NCBI GenBank assembly: GCA_963828125.1
Contig: CAWHDP010000002.1
Coordinates: forward strand, 1,857,054 to 1,921,053
Origin: an uncultured Chlamydiae bacterium
GTDB lineage: Bacteria > Chlamydiota > Chlamydiia > Chlamydiales > SM23-39
Reading direction: 5' to 3'
Length of the DNA: 64,000 nucleotides
Shown here: positions 57,147-64,000 of the stretch, one piece after another
Position numbering within the stretch: position 1 is the stretch's first letter
Layout: the number at the start of each line of letters is the position of its first letter
Program-made: the position numbers and the translations under genes
Notes under the pieces: generated by a model
What the model was told of the DNA's origin: nothing
The model's database searches: none
The model's input: the letters and a program-made list of their open reading frames with translations, nothing else

Positions 57147-60100
57147 TTAAAAATATTTACCAATCTTCACTTCTACTGCATTAGATAGGTAGGAGCGGCC
57201 AAATTCGCCGCTGTATTTCCCCGACGCAAAAAAACCGCTTTGGGTTCGAAAAAAAATTTCTACGCCGCATAGTCCAAGGTTTTGGATCCCCTCATAGGAG
57301 TCTACCGTGAAAGATCCTCCGGCCCCTACAATCGCAGCTGTGATCTTTCCTACGTCCCAAGGCTTTTTGCAAACGTAGGAGGCTGTTTCTCTTACGATCA
57401 GCAGACCCGAATGAAAGTTCCAACTTTCGTAGAGATTCAATCCGATCTGGCTTCTCAGCATAGAATAGGAGCGGCTCTTTTGTTCCATATCAAAAGATTC
57501 AGCTCCGCTTTCTCGTAATTTTTGTTCAAATGAATAGGTCCAATCAAAGGCTGCAAAGGGCTCTATCACGCCCCAGTTAAATCCAAAATCATACCCAACC
57601 GATCCATACGGCGTGAGTTGATAGCCGTTGTGCGAGCTCTTAACTTTTTCGTCGAAACCGACAATAGCGATCGATCGGCTATTTTTATATTGGTTGTAAG
57701 ACCCCAAAAAGGAGAGATCGAGATAACCGTTTCCTAGATAGAGCGTCCCGTATAGATTGCCAAAATAGGAGTTGATGGCGCCGCTGCCCCAATGGTGCGA
57801 TTGGTCTATGGAACTGTAGGCATATCCGGCGGCAGCGCCCACCATCGCGTCCGAATGTCCAAAATAATCGGAGGCCAGGACGCATCCTCCGGCTGTGGTA
57901 TCAAAAGCAGGGCTTCCAGCACTGCCGTCTTGATGGGTAAAATCTCCAAAACCTCCCACCCACACAGTCTGTTTCGACTCCTCTCGAGCATAAGTCGTTG
58001 TGCTGCCCGCGGGCGTTTGCACTTGCGAGGCTCTAAATTGGTTTGCGTTTTGAGCGATCAACCCCTCTTGAAGCGACGTTTCATAAAGGCTTGCGATCGC
58101 TCCACTCCTTTGCTTCATAGAGCGGATCAAGCGCTGCTCGCCGAGACGGCTCGAAAAAATATCTGTGATTCGAAACGCTTGATTGCTTGTTGCCACAGAG
58201 GATGAGGCGTTGCGCGCAGGAGAAATCGCATTCATCGCCTCAATTAAATCGCTGCAGCTGCTTGTGGTAAGTCCAGCGATAATCAATTGGATCGAATCAA
58301 ATTCAATGATTGAGTTTAGATAATTGGCGATTCGCATCGGATTGCTTCCTGGAGCAAAGCAATTTGTGGGAAGCGAGTTGACAATCACTCCATTGGTCGT
58401 AATGACAACCATTGTGGGGAAAAGGGGGGGAGATATTCGGTGAAAAGGGTCAGTCCCATCGGAACCGTCACATGGGCAAACGTACCTGTCACTTCGCTCG
58501 CTTGTAAAATCGTCCAGGTCACATTGGAATAGGTCCCTACGTCTGCGATGAGATTGAGAGTGGCTCCCGCGATGTTAGCGGCGCCTGTTACATAGGCCAG
58601 CGAGCTTTGGGTTGGACTAAATTCGATCGTGAGGGTGCTCCCGCTATTTAAGTTCAATCCCGATGTATAGTTCTGCCTGCCGATCGAGTTGCCTGGCTTC
58701 AGCGTCCCCCCATTTAAGATCATGACAATCCCTCCGATCGTCCCAGTTCCCTGAAGCATCGCTCCCGCAGCCACAGTCGTCGGGCTGTTCGTAGATCCAT
58801 TGACTGAAAGGGAGCCCGCCTCCACGTTCGTCGCCCCTTCATAGCTGTTCGTCCCATTCAAAAATAGGGTTCCTCCGCCTATTTTAGTGAGAGCCCCGGT
58901 CGTCCCAGAAATCGAGCCTGAGTGGGTGAGATTAAAGCTGTTGGTATCGACCGTGAGCGTCTCGCCGCTCCCGATCGATATGGCGCGCCCCATGCCCGAT
59001 ATCGTTGCAGCAAGCTGCAATTTCGAGTTCCCCGACACAGTCAGAGTCGTACCACTCTGACCCAACGCCGCATCGGCGTTGATGTTGATCGTCCCGGCGC
59101 TCAGGGTTGTACCGCCGCTATAGGTATTCGTTCCGGTCACTGTCATGACGCCAGTGCCCGCCTGCGTGAGTGTTCCTCCGGTTCCCGTCACAGTGCTACC
59201 TAATGTCGTAGCGGAGGAAGAGGTCGAAATAGCCCCGTTGCCGCCGAGATCGAGTACGCTCCCTGTCACCCCGGTGAACGATCCGATATTGAATGAGGTG
59301 CCTGATGGAGTAAGTCCGCTGATATCTAACGTGGCCCCCGAGGCGCTCAAATCAATGGTGCTTAAACTATACCCGGAGGAGGCCCCGCTGAGGGCGAGCG
59401 TTCCCGCGCTCACAGTCGTTGTTCCCGAAAGACTCATCCCGCCGCTCGCTGTGAATGTCCCTGCACCGATCTTGGTTAAACTTCCGTTACTCCCGGAGAT
59501 CGCTCCCGAATTGGTGAGATTAAACGTATTCGTATCCACCGTCAGCGTGTCGCCGCTCCCGATCGATATGGCGCGCCCCATGCCCGATATCGTTGCAGCA
59601 AGCTGCAATTTCGAGTTCCCCGACACAGTAATACTAGTGCCGCTCTGACCCAACGCCGCATCGGCGTTGATGTTGATCGTCCCTGCGCTTAAAGTAGTTC
59701 CACCCGTATACGTATTGGTTCCAGTCACTGTCATGACGCCAGTGCCCGCCTGTGTGAGTGTCCCTCCGGTTCCCGTCACAGTGCTATGCAATGCCGTAGG
59801 GGAGGAGGAGGTCGAAATCGCTCCGTTGCCGCCGAGATTCAGTACACTCCCTGCGATCCCTGTGAACGCCCCAATATTGAATGACGTGCCTGACGGAGTC
59901 AGACCGCTGATGTCCAACGTGGCGCCCGAGGCGCTTAAATCAATGGTGCTTAAACTATACCCTGAGGAGGCTCCGCTGATGGCCAATGTTCCCGCGCTCA
60001 CAGTGGTCGTCCCTGAAAGACTCATCCCGCCACTTGCGGTGAACGTCCCTGCGCTGATTTTGGTTAAATTTCCGTTACTTCCAGAAATAGCTCCCGAATT

Positions 60101-63100
60101 GGTGAGATTAAACGTATTCGTATCCACCGTCAGCGTGTCGCCGCTCCCGATCGATATGGCGCGCCCCATGCCAGATATCGTTGCAGCGAGCTGCAACGTC
60201 GCATTCCCCGACACAGTCATTCCGGTACCGCTCTCACCCAACGCCGCATCGGCGTTGATGTTGAGCGTTCCGGCGCTTAAAGTAGTTCCACCCGTATACG
60301 TATTGGTTCCGGTCACTGTCATGACGCCAGAGCCCGACTGCGTGAGCGTTCCCCCAGTTCCCGTCACAGTGCTATCTAATGTCGTGGCGGAGGAAGAGGT
60401 CGAAATAGCTCCGTTGCCGCCGAGACTGAGCACACTCCCTGCGACCCCTGTGAACGCCCCAATATTGAATGACGTGCCTGACGGAGTCAGACCGCTGATG
60501 TCCAACGTGGCGCCCGAGGCGCTTAAATCAATGGTGCTTAAACTATATCCGGAGGAGGCCCCGCTGATGGCCAATGTTCCCGCGCTCACAGTGGTCGTCC
60601 CTGAAAGACTCATCCCGCCACTTGCGGTGAACGTCCCTGCGCTGATTTTGGTTAAACTTCCGTTACTTCCAGAGATGGCCCCTGAATTCGTCAAATTAAA
60701 ACTATTTGTGTCCGCCGTCAGCGTGTCGCCGCTCCCAATCGATATGGAGCGCCCCATGCCAGATATCGTTGCAGCGAGCTGCAACGTCGAGCTACCCGAC
60801 ACAGTGATCCCAGTGCCGCTCTGACCCAACGCCGCATCGGCGTTGATGTTGATCGTCCCGGCACTCAGAGTAGTTCCACCCGTATACGTATTGGTTCCGG
60901 TCACTGTCATGACGCCAGTGCCCGCCTGGGTGAGTTTCCCTCCGGTTCCCGTCACAGTGCTATCTAGTGTCGTGGCGGAGGAAGAGGTCGAAATAGCCCC
61001 GTTGCCGCCGAGACTGAGCACACTCCCTGCGACCCCTGTGAACGCCCCAATATTGAATGACGTGCCTGACGGAGTCAGGCCGCTGATATCAAACGTGGCG
61101 CCCGAGGCGCTCAAGTCGATCGCACTTAAAATATACCCAGACGAGGCCCCGCTGATTGCCAATGTTCCCCCGCTCACAGTGGTCGTCCCTGAGAGACTCA
61201 TCCCGCCACTTGCGGTGAACGTCCCTGCGCTGATTTTGGTTAAACTTCCGTTACTTCCAGAAATAGCTCCCGAATTAGTGAGATTAAACGTATTCGTATC
61301 CACTGTCAGCGTGTCGCCGTTCCCAATCGATATGGAGCGCCCCATGCCCGATATCGTTGCAGCGAGCTGCAACGTCGAGCTACCCGACACAGTGATCCCA
61401 GTGCCGCTCTGACCCAACGCCGCATCGGCGTTGATGTTGATCGTTCCGGCGCTTAAAGTAGTTCCGCCGCTATATGTGTTCGTTCCGGTCACAGTCAGTA
61501 CACCAGTCCCCGACTGCGTGAGAGTCCCTCCAGTTCCTGTTACAGTGCTATGCAATGCTATCGCAGAGGAGGAGGTGGAAATAGCCCCGTTGCCGCCGAG
61601 ATTCAGCACACTCCCTGCGACCCCGGTCAAAGGTCCGATATTGAATGAGGTGCCTGATGGAGTCAGGCCGCTGATGTCAAACGTGGCGCCCGAGGCGCTC
61701 AAGTCGATCGCACTTAAAATATACCCAGAGGAGGCCCCGCTGATTGCGAATGTTCCCGCGCTCACAGTGGTCGTCCCTGAGAGACTCATCCCGCCGCTGG
61801 CTGTGAACGTCCCTGCGCTGATTTTGGTTAAACTTCCGTTACTTCCGGAAATAGCTCCCGAATTGGTGAGATTAAACGTATTCGTATCCACTGTCAGCGT
61901 GTCGCCGCTCCCGATCGAGATGGCGCGCCCCATGCCGGATATCGTTGCAGCGAGCTGCAATGTCGAGTTACCCGACACAGTAATCCTAGTGCCGCTCTGA
62001 CCCAACGCCGCATCGGCATTGATGTTGATCGTTCCGGCGCTTAAAGTAGTTCCGCCAGCTATACGTGTTCGTTCCGGTCACAGTCAGTACACCAGTGCCC
62101 GACTGCGTGAGTGTTCCTCCAGTTCCCGTCACAGTGCTACGTAATGCTATAGCAGAGGAGGAGGTGGAAATAGCCCCGTTGCCGCCGAGATTCAGCACAC
62201 TCCCTGCGACCCCGGTGAAAGATCCGATATTGAATGAGGTGCCTGATGGAGTCAGGCCGCTGATGTCAAACGTGGCGCCCGAGGCGCTCAAATCAATGGT
62301 GCTTAAAATATACCCAGACGAGACCCCGCTGATTGCCAATGTTCCTGCGCTCACAGTGGTCGTTCCTGAGAGACTCATCCCGCCGGTGGCTGTGAATGTC
62401 CCTGCGCTGATTTTGGTTAAACTTCCGTTACTTCCAGAAATAGCTCCCGAATTGGTGAGATTAAACGTATTTGTATCCACCGTCAGCGTGTCGCCGCTCC
62501 CGATCGATATGGCGCGCCCCATGCCAGATATCGTTGCAGCGAGCTGCAACGTCGAATTCCCCGACACAGTTATTCCCGTACCGCTCTCACCCAACGCCGC
62601 ATCGGCGTTGATGTTGATCGTCCCTGCACTTAAAGTAGTCCCACCCGTATACGTATTGGTTCCGGTTACTGTCATGACGCCAGAGCCCGACTGTGTGAGC
62701 GTTCCCCCGGTTCCCGTCACAGTGCTATTCAATGCCGTAGCGGAGGAAGAGGTCGAAATAGCCCCGTTGCCGCCGAGACTGAGCGTGCTCCCTGTCACCC
62801 CTGTGAACGCCCCAATATTGAATGACGTGCCTGATGGAGTGAGTCCGCTGATATCCAACGTGGCGCCCGAGCCGCTCAAGTCAATGGTATCAAACTATAT
62901 CCGGAGGAGGCCCCGCTGAGGACAAGCGTCCCCGCGCTCACAGTGGTCGTCCCTGAAAGACTCATCCCACCGGTGGCTGTGAACGTCCCTGCGCTGATTT
63001 TGGTCAAACTTCCGTTACTTCCAGAGATGGCCCCTGAATTCGTCAAATTAAAACTATTTGTGTCCACCGTCAGCGTGTCGCCGCTCCCGATCGAGATAGC

Positions 63101-64000
63101 ACGCCCCATGCCCGATATCGTTGCAGCGAGCTGCAACGTCGCATTCCCCGACACAGTCATTCCGGTACCGCTTTCACCCAACGCCGCATCGGCGTTGATG
63201 TTGAGCGTTCCGGCGCTTAAAGTAGTTCCACCGTATACGTATTGGTTCCGGTCACTGTCATGACGCCAGTGCCCGCCTGGGTGAGTTTCCCTCCGGTTCC
63301 CGTCACAGTGCTATCTAATGTCGTGGCGGAGGAAGAAGTCGAAATAGCTCCGTTGCCGCCGAGACTGAGTACACTCCCTGCAACCCCCGTGAACGCCCCA
63401 ATATTCAATGACGTGCCTGACGGAGTCAGGCCGCTGATATCCAACGTGGCGCCCGAGGCGCTTAAATCAATGGTGCTTAAACTATACCCTGAGGAGGCCC
63501 CGCTGATGGCCAATGTTCCCGCGCTCACAGTGGTCGTCCCTGAAAGACTCATCCCGCCACTTGCGGTGAACGTCCCTGCGCTGATTTTGGTTAAACTGCC
63601 GTTACTTCCAGAGATGGCTCCCGAATTGGTGAGATTAAACGTATTCGTATCTACTGTCAGCGTGTCGCCGCTCCCGATCGATATGGAGCGCCCCATGCCC
63701 GATATCGTTGCAGCGAGCTGCACGTCGAGCTACCCGACACAGTAATACTAGTGCCGCTCTACCCAACGCCGCATCGGCGTTGATGTTGATCGTCCCGGCA
63801 CTTAAAGTAGTTCCACCCGTATACGTATTGGTTCCGGTCACTGTCATGACGCCAGTGCCCGCCTGGGTGAGTTTCCCTCGGTTCCCGTCACAGTGCTATT
63901 TAATGTCGTGGCGGAGGAAGAAGTCGAAATAGCTCCGTTGCCGCCGAGACTGAGCACACTCCCTGCAACCCCCGTGAACGCCCCCATATTGAATGACGTG
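57147..64000 (-). CDS. Giant autotransporter adhesin with repetitive passenger; frameshifted as assembled; 5' end outside window
   Basis: C-terminal beta-barrel (57147-58412, ends KIGKYF), PGNSIG linker, PATR repeats (LT..G.G.LT.TG.NTY.GGTT..AGT); frames break at about 58420, 62057, 62890, 63230, 63721, 63760 and 63878. Confidence 0.88.
58890..64000 (-). repeat. Tandem 588-bp (196-aa) coding repeat, at least 8.5 units
   Basis: Marker TTGATGTTG recurs at 59079, 59667, 60255, 60843, 61431, 62019, 62608, 63195 and 63780. Confidence 0.97.

Noticed and set aside
59145..63932. Long plus-strand ORFs over the repeat array
   Set aside because: Val/Pro-rich antisense shadows of the Gly/Thr/Ser-rich autotransporter codons
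58890..64000. Repeat array as CRISPR or non-coding satellite
   Set aside because: Units are 588 bp, coding, spacer-less and vary mostly at synonymous sites; no cas genes in the window

Overview
This window is chromosomal DNA from a member of the Chlamydiota, probably an environmental lineage. The assignment rests on a sctJ-K-L-R-S-T type III secretion operon and a gene order close to Chlamydia trachomatis CT273-CT299 (DUF5399, TPR chaperone, dnaA, gcvH, lipoate ligase, clpC, ptsN x2, dut, accD, sod, CT296-like, rnc, radA, hemC). Other housekeeping genes include xerC, cdsZ, glyA, clpP, a SNF2 helicase, dapL and proS. An unusually compact RNase P RNA gene lies at about 7490-7804 (-). Accessory material is interleaved with the core: candidate effectors (J-domain, F-box, an 875-aa protein), an RHS toxin with a lipoprotein partner, and a family of intergenic CTAG/CATTTCTCA inverted repeats. 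A decaying island at 53.4-57.1 kb holds an ogt remnant, tag, a broken DUF3800 gene followed by a perfect three-way-junction RNA-like structure, an antitoxin remnant and a secreted Ppx/GppA-like enzyme. The window ends inside a giant autotransporter built from 588-bp tandem repeats with several frameshifts. All calls come from reading motifs by eye; no database search was run.
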